DNA of 64,000 bases from Nitrososphaeraceae archaeon (lineage in GTDB: Archaea; Thermoproteota; Nitrososphaeria; Nitrososphaerales; Nitrososphaeraceae): contig DATFEP010000063.1 of NCBI GenBank assembly GCA_035250975.1, forward strand, positions 1 to 64,000. The letters are read 5' to 3'. Within the stretch, counting starts at the first letter, position 1; every line of letters starts with the position of its first letter. Position numbers and translations under genes: made by a program. The notes under the pieces are model-generated. The model was not told the DNA's origin and did not search any database. It was given only the letters and a program-made list of their open reading frames with translations. This document shows positions 53,167 to 63,350 of this stretch, piece after piece.

Positions 53167-54798
53167 GTGCACTTAATAAATAAGGGAATCGCCAGAAAGC
53201 AAGTCAAATATATTTTTGTTACTGGTGGTGTTCTTTCTGGCCTCGGAAAAGGAATAATCACATCTTCAACTTCAAAAATATTACAATTAACTGGGTTAAA
53301 TGTTTCTTGCTTAAAAATTGATCCATACGTAAATTACGATGCAGGTACGATGAATCCTGTTGCCCACGGTGAGGTTTTTGTAACATTTGATGGCGGAGAA
53401 TGTGATATGGATATCGGGAATTATGAGAGATTCTTAGACAAAAGATTATCCAAGGATCATAATTTGACAACTGGGCGAATATATTCTGAAGTTATAAATG
53501 CAGAACGTGAAGGAAAATACCTTGGACAATGTGTCCAAATAATCCCTCACGTTACGGATGTAATTAAGGATCAGTTAAGGCATATAGCCAAAACAGAATC
53601 ATTGGATGTTCTAGTAGTAGAATGTGGTGGAACCGTGGGAGACATCGAGAGCTTACCATTTCTTGAGGCGTTTCGTCAAATGACACTCGAAGAAGGACAT
53701 AATAGCACTTTATTTATTCACGTTACTTTGGCCCCCGTTCTTGATGTAGTAGGAGAACAAAAAACCAAGCCAACACAACACAGTGTTCAAGAATTACGTA
53801 GAATAGGAATCAATCCTGATATTATTGCTGTTAGATGTAAAACTCCTCTTTTAAATGATTCAAGAAAAAAAATATCTCTTTTTGCTAATATAGACACAGA
53901 TTGCGTCATCTCGTGTCATGATGTCAAATCGATTTATCTAGTACCAGAAATTCTTGCTGAACAGGGGATGATGAAAATTATAAATAAAAAATTACAACTG
54001 GATCGACATTCTATTAGATGGGCAAATTGGAAACGGATATCTCAATCATTTGCACAGGCTAAAGGAAATATAAATATTGCAGTAGTAGGAAAATATGTTT
54101 CTCTCTCTGATAGTTATGTCAGTGTTTATCAAGCTTTATCCCATGCGGCAACAGCCATAGGAAAAAAAGCTGAAATTTCATTGATTGATTCAGAACAATT
54201 TGAAAGAGATCCTAAAAAATTGGTCTCGTTGAAAAAATTTGATGGAATACTTATTCCTGGTGGATTTGGAAGACGAGGTTCAGAAGGAATTATTGATGCT
54301 ATCAACTACTCTAGAAAAGAAAATATTCCATTTTTAGGTATTTGTTTTGGATTTCAATTATCTATTGTTTCATTTGCTCGGAGTATGTGTGGATTACAGG
54401 AATCTAATTCTACTGAACTTGATCCAGAAACTGGACATCCAGTCATTGAATTTATGCCCGAACAAAGGACAATAAATAATATGGGTGGTTCTATGCGATT
54501 AGGAGGTCATAAAATAAATATAGTTGCAAATACCATGGCATCCAAAATTTATTCTAGGAATATAATCTGCAAGAGACATAGACATAGATACGAGTTTAAT
54601 AAGAACTATCTATCAATTATAGAAAAGAATGGGATGCTATTATCTGGATACTCAGATGGTGGAAAAAGAACGGAAATATTGGAGATTCCAGATCATAAGT
54701 TTTATTTTGCGGTGCAGTATCACGCAGAATTTGATAGTAGACCAGGAAAGCCAGAACCTGCATTTGCATCATTCATAAAGGCCTGTACTAAATCTTAA
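53167..54798 (+). CDS. pyrG: CTP synthase
   Basis: KYIFVTGGVLSGLGKG, KIDPYVN.DAGTM.P..HGEVFV, KTKPTQHSV, GICFG, RHRHRYE, QYHAEF. Confidence 0.97.
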   Translation: MHLINKGIARKQVKYIFVTGGVLSGLGKGIITSSTSKILQLTGLNVSCLKIDPYVNYDAGTMNPVAHGEVFVTFDGGECDMDIGNYERFLDKRLSKDHNLTTGRIYSEVINAEREGKYLGQCVQIIPHVTDVIKDQLRHIAKTESLDVLVVECGGTVGDIESLPFLEAFRQMTLEEGHNSTLFIHVTLAPVLDVVGEQKTKPTQHSVQELRRIGINPDIIAVRCKTPLLNDSRKKISLFANIDTDCVISCHDVKSIYLVPEILAEQGMMKIINKKLQLDRHSIRWANWKRISQSFAQAKGNINIAVVGKYVSLSDSYVSVYQALSHAATAIGKKAEISLIDSEQFERDPKKLVSLKKFDGILIPGGFGRRGSEGIIDAINYSRKENIPFLGICFGFQLSIVSFARSMCGLQESNSTELDPETGHPVIEFMPEQRTINNMGGSMRLGGHKINIVANTMASKIYSRNIICKRHRHRYEFNKNYLSIIEKNGMLLSGYSDGGKRTEILEIPDHKFYFAVQYHAEFDSRPGKPEPAFASFIKACTKS

Positions 54799-55792
54799 GC
54801 TCATATATCCTCTGTCTTGCATCCCTTAACGATGTTTTCTTTTTAACATAACCCCTATTCAATAAATGCCCCAATGAAAGCCTAATTGTTCTTTCAGGAA
54901 GTAACGTTTTAGAGGAAAGGTCTTTTTGTCCCATTGCACCTTCGTATTCCAATATCTTTAGTATTAGTTTGGCACTGGGAGGCATATCCAATAAATCTTC
55001 TGCGAGTTTAACTTTTTTGGCTATAAGTGATGTAGCAGAATCTTCTCCTATCAATCTCACCAACTTGGCTGGATAATTATGTTTATTACACTCCAATGTT
55101 TTTTTAATCCCAACCCGCCTCCCTCCATCCAAAACTACTTCACAATGAAATCTACTTAAAATGTCTGAAATTTCAATTCGACTTTCATTAGGTACAATGA
55201 GTGGTCTGCGAGTATTATCTACCGAGTTTACCGAAACGATTACAAAAACTTGCGATTTTTGTAATACCATTGGACCACCAGCTGACATAGAATATGCTGT
55301 TGATCCAGTTGGGGTAGATACAATAACACCATCGCTATTATCATGCCATACATCTTTGTTGTCTATTCTAAGAACATGTTCCATTAAAGTTGCACTTCTG
55401 CTTGGAAAAACAACGACATCATTTAATACAGGTTCAATTTCCTTTCCATCAACTTTAACTGCTAGTCTTATTACCTCATCTATGCTATAATCTCCTTTCT
55501 TTAATCTATGTGTAATTGTCTCTAAATCTTGGACATCTATTTGTGCCAAAAAATCAGTTGATTCTGCTTCGTATACACCTATAGCAGGAGATGAGTCTGT
55601 TATTACCTTGTGAAAATAATCTAACATGGCACGATCTCCCCCAGCAATTAATACCAGGTCAACTTTATTAGCCAAGTCATAATTTTTTTCGTTCATATTG
55701 AAAGTTTCAACATTAAGATTATCAAGCACTTTTTTGATCTTTATTGTTAATTCTAAATCTTGCGAATAGGCACCTACAAGTGCAATTTTCAT
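54788..55792 (-). CDS. NAD(+)/NADH kinase family protein with C-terminal winged HTH
   Basis: GGD, LND, DGVIVSTPTGSTAYSMSAGGP; C-terminal PPSAKL..K.LEYEG...QKDL...TLLPERT.R..L..L. Confidence 0.88.
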   Translation of the reverse strand: MKIALVGAYSQDLELTIKIKKVLDNLNVETFNMNEKNYDLANKVDLVLIAGGDRAMLDYFHKVITDSSPAIGVYEAESTDFLAQIDVQDLETITHRLKKGDYSIDEVIRLAVKVDGKEIEPVLNDVVVFPSRSATLMEHVLRIDNKDVWHDNSDGVIVSTPTGSTAYSMSAGGPMVLQKSQVFVIVSVNSVDNTRRPLIVPNESRIEISDILSRFHCEVVLDGGRRVGIKKTLECNKHNYPAKLVRLIGEDSATSLIAKKVKLAEDLLDMPPSAKLILKILEYEGAMGQKDLSSKTLLPERTIRLSLGHLLNRGYVKKKTSLRDARQRIYELKI

Positions 55793-56003
55793 TAGTTTTA
55801 TTTATCTTAACTTATCTCTCATTTAAAGTTAAATTCTATTACATCATAATATTCACTATAAACAATTATGAAAACATTAAAAGTGTATCTTTTGTCTGAT
55901 CCTATCAATTAACTTAAATTATTTGTACTTTTATCTGATGTAAAGAATTTTGCAAATAATTTTTACCAGAACCTTTAAAGTATGGAATTAAGATGATATT
56001 TAC

Positions 56004-56291
56004 ATGCCAAAGAAACGTACGAGTCGGGGTCGTACAAAAGGAGGAAAAGGTAGTTCAGGAACAGTACATTGCAGTCAATGTGGAGCTATGGTTCCAAGGG
56101 ATAAAGCTAAAAAAATAACAGGCCGAATAACTCTAGTAGAACCAACTCTGGCAAAAGAATTAAGAGCCCAGGGTGCTTATATATCTCCGGCAACGGATGT
56201 TAAATTCTATTGTGTTTCATGTGCCGTTCATAGAGGAATTGTTAAAGTAAGATCTGAGCTTGAAAGACGGGTAAGTACAAGACTACGATAA
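56004..56291 (+). CDS. rps26e: 30S ribosomal protein S26e
   Basis: MPKKR.SRGR.K, C..CG..VPRDKAKK, YCVSCAVH..IVKVRS. Confidence 0.97.
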   Translation: MPKKRTSRGRTKGGKGSSGTVHCSQCGAMVPRDKAKKITGRITLVEPTLAKELRAQGAYISPATDVKFYCVSCAVHRGIVKVRSELERRVSTRLR

Positions 56292-56292
56292 T

Positions 56293-56889
56293 TCAATCTA
56301 GTTTTTTTATTGTGTTAAAAATCCTCTGAATTATAGTCAGAATGGATATTATTATTATTATTATAACTCCATATTCCAAAAAATTTTGAATTGGTATTAT
56401 TCCCATTATAGCTAATATCAATAATCTTTCTGCCCTTTCTCCAAATCCTACTCCACTTAAATCTATTCCAAGTGATTCTGCTCTAGATCGAGTGTAACTT
56501 ACCAGCAAAGATGAGGAGAGAGCCGTCATACACAATATAGGATTAGACAAGCCTCCTATGGCTATTCCGGTAAATATTATTACCTCAGAAATCTTATCCA
56601 ATGTCGAATCAAGAAATGCTCCCTTCCTAGATGTTTTTTTAGTAATTTTCGCAACAGTTCCGTCTATTACATCAAAAAATCCTGAAATTAACAAAAGGAT
56701 ACTGCCTACTAATGCAGCATTAAAAAAAATATCCTTTTGTATGGAATTTAACCCATATGCAATAGACGATGAAATCGCAAGTATGAAGCCAATAATAGTT
56801 AGAGTATTTGGAGATAATCCAGACGACGCAAAGATTGATGCTATTTTTTCAAGAATCGGTGCTAGATTTTTCCTAAATTTATTTAACAA
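56293..56889 (-). CDS. pgsA: CDP-alcohol phosphatidyltransferase (archaetidylinositol phosphate synthase-like)
   Basis: SPNTLT, D..DG.VA......GA.LD..LD motif, SYTRSRAE, ERAER. Confidence 0.9.
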   Translation of the reverse strand: MLNKFRKNLAPILEKIASIFASSGLSPNTLTIIGFILAISSSIAYGLNSIQKDIFFNAALVGSILLLISGFFDVIDGTVAKITKKTSRKGAFLDSTLDKISEVIIFTGIAIGGLSNPILCMTALSSSLLVSYTRSRAESLGIDLSGVGFGERAERLLILAIMGIIPIQNFLEYGVIIIIIISILTIIQRIFNTIKKLD

Positions 56890-57020
56890 TAGATATTTAA
56901 CTAATAATTTTAATTAAATTCGTTTTATATCTTTTGAGTTTTATTCAAAATTGATTTTTTCTTCTTCTCTTCGGAAATGGAAAATAATTTAATAGTCTTC
57001 TCTGTTTACATCGAATTCAT

Positions 57021-57656
57021 ATGATGAAATCTAACTCTGTTCTGGTTTTTGGCGCACATCCTGATGACTTGGAAATAGGAATGGGAGGAACGATTTCCAA
57101 ACTTTCAAGACTGGGTTTTAAAGTAGTCCCAATCATAGCTACCCTTCCAAATTTTACTGAAAATGATACAAAGGACGAACGTAGATCGGAATCTGTAGAA
57201 TCGAGCAAAATATTAGGATGTATTTCTCCAGAATTTCTTGATCTTTCACCTACTGAAATGTTATTCAATAGAAAATTAGTATCGTTGATTGACAAGTTAA
57301 TAAAAAAATATCAGCCCGAAAGTGTGTTCACTCAATGGATAGGTGATTCACATCAGGATCATCAAATTCTGACAAAGTCGGTAATGTCTGCTTCTCGTGA
57401 TATTGATAACTTGTATATGTATGAAACGACTATTCCTGGTGGTCTAACTGAAATATCATTCAAACCACAACTTTATGTTGATATCACCACGGATATAGAT
57501 ACAAAAAAAAATGCATTAACTTGTTTTAAATCACAATTTGTTAGGTGCGGTCAATACTGGTTAGATGCGATAGTAGGAAGATCTAGTTACAGAGGATATC
57601 AAATACATACTAAATATGCTGAGGCATTTGAAATTATTAAAACCATTAAGTTCTAA
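57021..57656 (+). CDS. PIG-L/LmbE family deacetylase
   Basis: GAHPDDLEIGMGGT, R..E, DSHQDH, K..AL..F.SQ, YAEAF. Confidence 0.9.
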   Translation: MMKSNSVLVFGAHPDDLEIGMGGTISKLSRLGFKVVPIIATLPNFTENDTKDERRSESVESSKILGCISPEFLDLSPTEMLFNRKLVSLIDKLIKKYQPESVFTQWIGDSHQDHQILTKSVMSASRDIDNLYMYETTIPGGLTEISFKPQLYVDITTDIDTKKNALTCFKSQFVRCGQYWLDAIVGRSSYRGYQIHTKYAEAFEIIKTIKF

Positions 57657-57710
57657 TTTCAAGGTTTATTAAATATCTATATTTTTGTGTGCTCCAAATT
57701 CGAAATTTAT

Positions 57711-58847
57711 TCATCCCTTTTTAGATGAAATCTTCCTATAAATTATTAGAAATACTGCTTGAATCGTTAATGCTATAATGACAGCTAATGCAAGCCCTGT
57801 CACCTCCATCCATTTCCCTAATGTTAACATCAATGATATTTGTAAAATTTGGTAGATTATGGCACCAATTACAACACCTTTCGTATTCCCTTCACTAAGG
57901 AATCTAGAATTAATGATATAAGTAACCATCATGGGAATAATTCCGATACTCATTATTCTTATTGCATCAAGCGAATTCTTGTAACCAGGGAAAAACAAGT
58001 CTATTATGACAGGACTTGAAATATACAGTAAGAGTGCGAGTGCTATTGATATTCCAAATCCTAAAATCCTTAACTTTGTTTTTTTATTACCGCTCGCTTC
58101 TTCTGGAATCAAATACTGAAAGAAACTGATGGGAATCATACCAAGAAACATTAAAAATTGAAAGCCTAATTGATAATATCCTAATATAACGTATCCAAAA
58201 ATAGGACCGATAAGAATCTTATCGAAGTACATTAACAACGCGTTTGACATATTAAAAGAATAACTGTGTAAAGAAAATTTTATCTTACTTCTGATTTCCG
58301 TGATATCTTTTTTGAAATGTTTTATTGATAAAAAATATTTATAACTGAAGATAAAGAATGAAATTGTAAATCCAATTATTATTCCTGGGATACCCATAAT
58401 GTAATATAAAGCGATAGAGAGGACTAGTTGAATTGCTCTTGCACCTACATTTGCAATTGCATATTGTTTATAAGATTTTCTACCAAGATATTCATAAACA
58501 CTCATCATCCAAAAAGTCATGCCGACAACAAAAAATCCTAATAATATGTCTTTTTGTGCTACAATTATACCTAAAACGATGCTTGATATTAAGATGACTT
58601 GATTAGCGGCAACATGTATCTTATCAAAACCTTTGGGAATATAAGTCGTAACCGTAGTATTGAGTCCTAATAGAGCAATGCTAGATGCAAGTGATGCGAT
58701 TGAAATCATATAACTAGTCTCCCCATATTCTTCGACACTTTGTAGTGAAGCCAATAAAAGCCAGAAGCCTCCTGTAATCAGAGCACCAAGAATATTTCCA
58801 ACTATTATGTAAATAAGACCCTTATTTGATTTAATAAATTTCAGCAA
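57711..58847 (-). CDS. Polysaccharide biosynthesis / oligosaccharide flippase (Wzx-like) membrane protein
   Basis: About 12 TM segments; EYG..Y, DKILIGP.FG...LGYY.LG pattern. Confidence 0.8.
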   Translation of the reverse strand: MLKFIKSNKGLIYIIVGNILGALITGGFWLLLASLQSVEEYGETSYMISIASLASSIALLGLNTTVTTYIPKGFDKIHVAANQVILISSIVLGIIVAQKDILLGFFVVGMTFWMMSVYEYLGRKSYKQYAIANVGARAIQLVLSIALYYIMGIPGIIIGFTISFFIFSYKYFLSIKHFKKDITEIRSKIKFSLHSYSFNMSNALLMYFDKILIGPIFGYVILGYYQLGFQFLMFLGMIPISFFQYLIPEEASGNKKTKLRILGFGISIALALLLYISSPVIIDLFFPGYKNSLDAIRIMSIGIIPMMVTYIINSRFLSEGNTKGVVIGAIIYQILQISLMLTLGKWMEVTGLALAVIIALTIQAVFLIIYRKISSKKG

Positions 58848-59309
58848 TTTTTATGTCCCTTTTATGTATTATCATCAATAATCTTTCTCTTAATAAAATG
58901 GTTTATTTCATTTTTTGCATTATATTTTTTTAGTGCATTTGTAAAAGTAATCCAATTATTCATTCAAGTTGATTTTTTTCATATCTTTTTATAAGTTATT
59001 ATTGTTATAATATAATATTACTACAAAAAATACGAAAAAAAATCTAGAGTTAAAAATAATTATCAATAATTATTGTACAAAATAGAGTTCGTCATAAATA
59101 TTCAGAATCCTTTTTCATATAAATGAAAGGGAATTTTTTAAAAAAACTAAATTACATAATTAATATCGGAATAAATTCTGTTATGCATGGCGTATTGGCA
59201 ATTTCTAACTTGGTTGTAGTAATGGTATTAAGTAGAATAACTGTAAAAAGGTCATAGGAGTATTTTTAAATAGTAGACTAAATGTAAAAGGATTCTGGGA
59301 GTAAGTTAG

Positions 59310-62300
59310 ATGAAAAATTCCGATAAGAAATTTAAGGTTTTAGTTGCTGGAATATTGATATTTATCTCTTATCTTGTGTTAAACTCTTTTACAGATTTAT
59401 CAGTTAATGCTCAATCACAAAGCACTTTTCTTACCCTTTCAGGATCAAATTTTCTTGACGTAAAAAATAGTGAACGATTGCAATTAGACAAATTTACTCT
59501 TTCTACATGGTTTTCTACAGATAAACAAGATTTCGTAGATCCAGGGATGATTGTAAACAAGGGAGGTATGAATGATGATGCCCCTGGTAAAAACATGAAT
59601 TACGGTCTCTGGATAACACCAACCGAACTTTTAGAGGGAGGTTTTGAGACGAAGTCAGGTACTAATCTCTTTATAACATCTAAAAATAAATTTAACGATG
59701 GTAATTGGCATCATGCAGTTCTTACTTATGATGGCTCTGTTTTGAAACTGTACGTAGATGGTAACGAAGAAGGTCAAGTCTCAACATTGAAAGCTGTCCC
59801 TGACAACACTGGTACTCAACCGATAAGAATAGGTGCAAATTCATTTGCAGAAGACAAATTTTTCACTGGAGAGGTGGATGAAGTTATGCTTTGGGATAGA
59901 GCATTATCGTTTGAAGAAATATCCAATTCCTATAACTTTGATGAATTCCCATTAAATGGAAGAATTCTTTATCTTTCCTTTTCATCAGTCTCTCCAATTC
60001 AATCTACCTATAATTATGGTCCCTTCAAAACTTTTGACGGAAGTGAAAAGGATGAAATTGATGAAGATGAGCAATTATTCCATCTAAGTAATTTTTCGGC
60101 AGCAAGTTGGTTTAGAAGCGATAGAATTGACCATGACGAAGTCGGAATATTATTAAACAGGGGTGGATTTGGATCTGAACTACAAGATGAAAATCTAAAT
60201 TATGGTATATGGTTAAATCCATCAGAAACTATTGAAGCTGGTTTTGAAACTTCTTCCGGTACAAATGTTTTCGTGACTACATTAGATAAATTTAATGATG
60301 GGCTGTGGCATTACGCTGTATTGACCTACGACGGAAAGACATTAAAATTATATGTTGATGGTATTCTTGTAGATGATAAAATAACATCAGGAATACTGCC
60401 AGATTTGGCAGGCGATACAAAATTTGTTATTGCTGGTGACTCTGTTGCAGATGATAAATTCTTTAAAGGTGACCTTGACGAGATTCGAGTATGGAATAGA
60501 GCTATATCTTCGGATGAAGTTTTAAGTGGATTTAAAAATAATATATTTAATATTGATGGACAAATATTCTATGAATCGTACTCAGGTGAAAGTCCACCTC
60601 CACCACCACAACAAGAAGAGTGTCCAGCGGGTCAACACTTTGATACTACCACAAACACATGTGTCCCAGACTTACCACCTCCACCACCACAACAAGAAGA
60701 GTGTCCAGCGGGTCAACACCTTGATACTACCACAAACACATGTGTCCCAGACTTACCACCTCCACCACCACAACAAGAGTGTCCAGCAGGACTACACCTT
60801 GAGAATGGTCAGTGCGTCCCAGACTTACCACCTCCACCACCACAACAAGAGTGTCCAGCAGGACTACACCTTGAGAATGGTCAGTGCGTCCCAGACTTAC
60901 CACCTCAACAAACAGGAACAGGCTTTCTTTTGGTCGTTACTAATGTTATGAATGATGATAATGGTTCAAAACAGGCTTCTGACTTTACTGTTAGTGTTAA
61001 TGGGAATAGACCGTTGCCAAAAACATTCAGCGGTATTCAATCACCAACAGCAACAAGTGTTGCCATTAATCAAGGAGACTACTCTGTAAGCCTTAAGGAT
61101 AACTTTGGATATGAAACAGATTTCCTATACAATTGTGCTGATACAATACACACTGAAGAAACGCGTGTTTGTGTTATCAATATAGATGATCCAACACCAC
61201 CACCTCCACCACAAGGATGTCCAGTCGGACAGCATCTTGAGAATGGTCAGTGCGTCCCAGATTCACCTCCTCCACCAGGAACTGGATTTCTTTTAGTAAT
61301 TACAGATGTTGTTAATAATAATGGTGGCACAAAAACATCTTCTGATATTGATATTACTGTTAACGGTAACAATCCTGTTCCATCTAATTTCAAAGGATCT
61401 CAAACACCATTAGGAAAAATTATTGCGCTGACTGAGGGAGAATTCTCTCTAACTGTCAATAATAATTTTGGCTATCAAACAAAATTCCTACATGATTGTG
61501 CTGGTACTGTCAAAGCTCAAGAAACCAATGTTTGTGTTATAAATCTGGATGATCCGATCACAACTGTTTCTTCAGGATCACCACAAGGATGTCCAGCAGG
61601 CCAACACTTCGACCAAACAACACAAACATGTGTCCCAGACTTACCACCTCCACCACAAGGTACATTTGTTCCTTTCAACTTTGGGGCAGCGGGTGATTGG
61701 AATTGCAACTCAAATTCTGAAAAAACAGTACAATCTATACTTTCTAAAGATCCAGAAATTGTACTAGGACTTGGGGATTACTCCTATCAGTCTAATGCTA
61801 ATTGTTGGTTAGATGTTATTACTCCTCTCAATGATAAAATGAAAATTACAATTGGAAATCATGATAGTGACGAAGAAGAAGGTCCGGAAATTACTGAACA
61901 ATTCCTCGATCATTTTAATTTAGACAAACAGTATTATTCATTTATTGAGGGAAATACTTTGTTTATATCGATGTCTACTCAGGTATCATTTTCTGAAAAT
62001 TCGGAACAATTTAATTTTGTAAAAAGTGAATTAGAAAAAGCTGCACAGGATAATAGAATCCTTTGGAAAGTAGTATATTTCCACAAACCTGCATATGCTG
62101 CCCCTACTAAACATGAAGGGGAAGCAAGTTTACGTGATACCTATCACCCATTATTTGACCAATACAAAGTAGATCTCGTTCTTTCAGGTCATAATCACAA
62201 TTATCAGAGAACTTTTCCAATTCACTTCAATCCAGATGATTCATCTAAACCGATTATAGTCAATACTGACCAGAATACATACAACAACGTTGGAGCCCCA

Positions 62301-63350
62301 CTATTTATAACATCTGGAACGGGTGGAGTTTCGTTGCATGCATTGGGTACCAAACCAGACTTTAATGTAAAACAATTAGGAAAATTTGGACATCTCAACA
62401 TAGATGTGACAGGAAATAATGGTGAAAAGTTAGTTGGAACATTTGTTGATAATGATGGTAATCAATTAGACCAATTCACCATCACAAAATCCATTGGACC
62501 ATCTCTATCTCCTTTGGCACTAAATTCACAACAAGCTGGAAGTGCAGGGGTTGATGTGTTTGGAATGAATAAAATCTATCCCACTAAACCTGGAGGAGAA
62601 GAATGGTTCATGAACATGGAAAATCTGAAATCTGATCCAAGATTAAAGGTTGGTACAAGTACAGGAGATATTATAAAGAACCAAGACGGGTCTTGGTCTC
62701 CTGTGAGTCAAGATAAAGTTATACTTAATGTATACACATCATCTGTTGGAGAATTCAACAAAGGAAATGTGACTACTTTTAATCTAAAAGAACTAGCCAA
62801 AAATGGTCATTGGTTTAAAGAAAATGATTGGTTGAATATCGAGATGGGTGGATATTTTAAATTGAATTCTACTAATGATCTTTCACTTGGATATAGTTTC
62901 TTCCCAAGATCAATAGACCATAGTAATGATCATGGCGGATGTGGAGGTGCAACTCCGGTATTCACATTTGGCTTCAACGGTGTATTGACGGCTAAAAAAG
63001 AGATGTGGTTTTCAAGTTTGATAAGTTCTGCAGCAGAAAAAATTGGAGAACTATCACCATCAATTGTCGATAAATGGATCGGAATGAAGGCAGTTATCTA
63101 TAATCTTCCCAATAAGGATGTAAAACAAGAGTTTTGGATGGACAAAGACAACAATGGCAAATGGGAAAAGGTCTATGAATTTACCGATAAAGGCGGCTTT
63201 GGTATTAGTGGCGAAACGGGACCTGAAAAATGTGGAGGGGAATGGGACCAGCGATATACATGGGGTTCTCCTAAGGTTACATTTAAATGGAATCAGGCCG
63301 ATGTCGAGTTCAAGAATCTTTCCGTACGTGAAATAATACCTCCAAAATAA
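59310..63350 (+). CDS. Large secreted modular protein: 2x LamG, Pro/Cys repeats, 2x Ig-like, metallophosphoesterase, C-terminal beta-sandwich domain
   Basis: DG.WH.AVLTYDG..LKLYVDG and F.G.(V/L)DE...W.RA twice; CPAGQH..C repeats; AAGDW, LGDYSY, IGNHD, FHKP, SGHNHNY; C-terminal domain shared with 12984..14306. Confidence 0.9.
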   Translation: MKNSDKKFKVLVAGILIFISYLVLNSFTDLSVNAQSQSTFLTLSGSNFLDVKNSERLQLDKFTLSTWFSTDKQDFVDPGMIVNKGGMNDDAPGKNMNYGLWITPTELLEGGFETKSGTNLFITSKNKFNDGNWHHAVLTYDGSVLKLYVDGNEEGQVSTLKAVPDNTGTQPIRIGANSFAEDKFFTGEVDEVMLWDRALSFEEISNSYNFDEFPLNGRILYLSFSSVSPIQSTYNYGPFKTFDGSEKDEIDEDEQLFHLSNFSAASWFRSDRIDHDEVGILLNRGGFGSELQDENLNYGIWLNPSETIEAGFETSSGTNVFVTTLDKFNDGLWHYAVLTYDGKTLKLYVDGILVDDKITSGILPDLAGDTKFVIAGDSVADDKFFKGDLDEIRVWNRAISSDEVLSGFKNNIFNIDGQIFYESYSGESPPPPPQQEECPAGQHFDTTTNTCVPDLPPPPPQQEECPAGQHLDTTTNTCVPDLPPPPPQQECPAGLHLENGQCVPDLPPPPPQQECPAGLHLENGQCVPDLPPQQTGTGFLLVVTNVMNDDNGSKQASDFTVSVNGNRPLPKTFSGIQSPTATSVAINQGDYSVSLKDNFGYETDFLYNCADTIHTEETRVCVINIDDPTPPPPPQGCPVGQHLENGQCVPDSPPPPGTGFLLVITDVVNNNGGTKTSSDIDITVNGNNPVPSNFKGSQTPLGKIIALTEGEFSLTVNNNFGYQTKFLHDCAGTVKAQETNVCVINLDDPITTVSSGSPQGCPAGQHFDQTTQTCVPDLPPPPQGTFVPFNFGAAGDWNCNSNSEKTVQSILSKDPEIVLGLGDYSYQSNANCWLDVITPLNDKMKITIGNHDSDEEEGPEITEQFLDHFNLDKQYYSFIEGNTLFISMSTQVSFSENSEQFNFVKSELEKAAQDNRILWKVVYFHKPAYAAPTKHEGEASLRDTYHPLFDQYKVDLVLSGHNHNYQRTFPIHFNPDDSSKPIIVNTDQNTYNNVGAPLFITSGTGGVSLHALGTKPDFNVKQLGKFGHLNIDVTGNNGEKLVGTFVDNDGNQLDQFTITKSIGPSLSPLALNSQQAGSAGVDVFGMNKIYPTKPGGEEWFMNMENLKSDPRLKVGTSTGDIIKNQDGSWSPVSQDKVILNVYTSSVGEFNKGNVTTFNLKELAKNGHWFKENDWLNIEMGGYFKLNSTNDLSLGYSFFPRSIDHSNDHGGCGGATPVFTFGFNGVLTAKKEMWFSSLISSAAEKIGELSPSIVDKWIGMKAVIYNLPNKDVKQEFWMDKDNNGKWEKVYEFTDKGGFGISGETGPEKCGGEWDQRYTWGSPKVTFKWNQADVEFKNLSVREIIPPK
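60594..60899 (+). repeat. Intragenic tandem repeats: 2 x 81 bp then 2 x 72 bp (PPPPPQQ(E)ECPAG..CVPDL)
   Basis: Units 60594-60674 and 60675-60755 differ at one base; 60756-60827 and 60828-60899 appear identical; further dispersed copies near 61200-61275 and 61580-61655. Confidence 0.95.

Noticed and set aside
60594-60899. Regularly spaced repeats as a CRISPR array
   Set aside because: Units are 81 and 72 bp, in frame, with no unique spacers; they encode protein repeats
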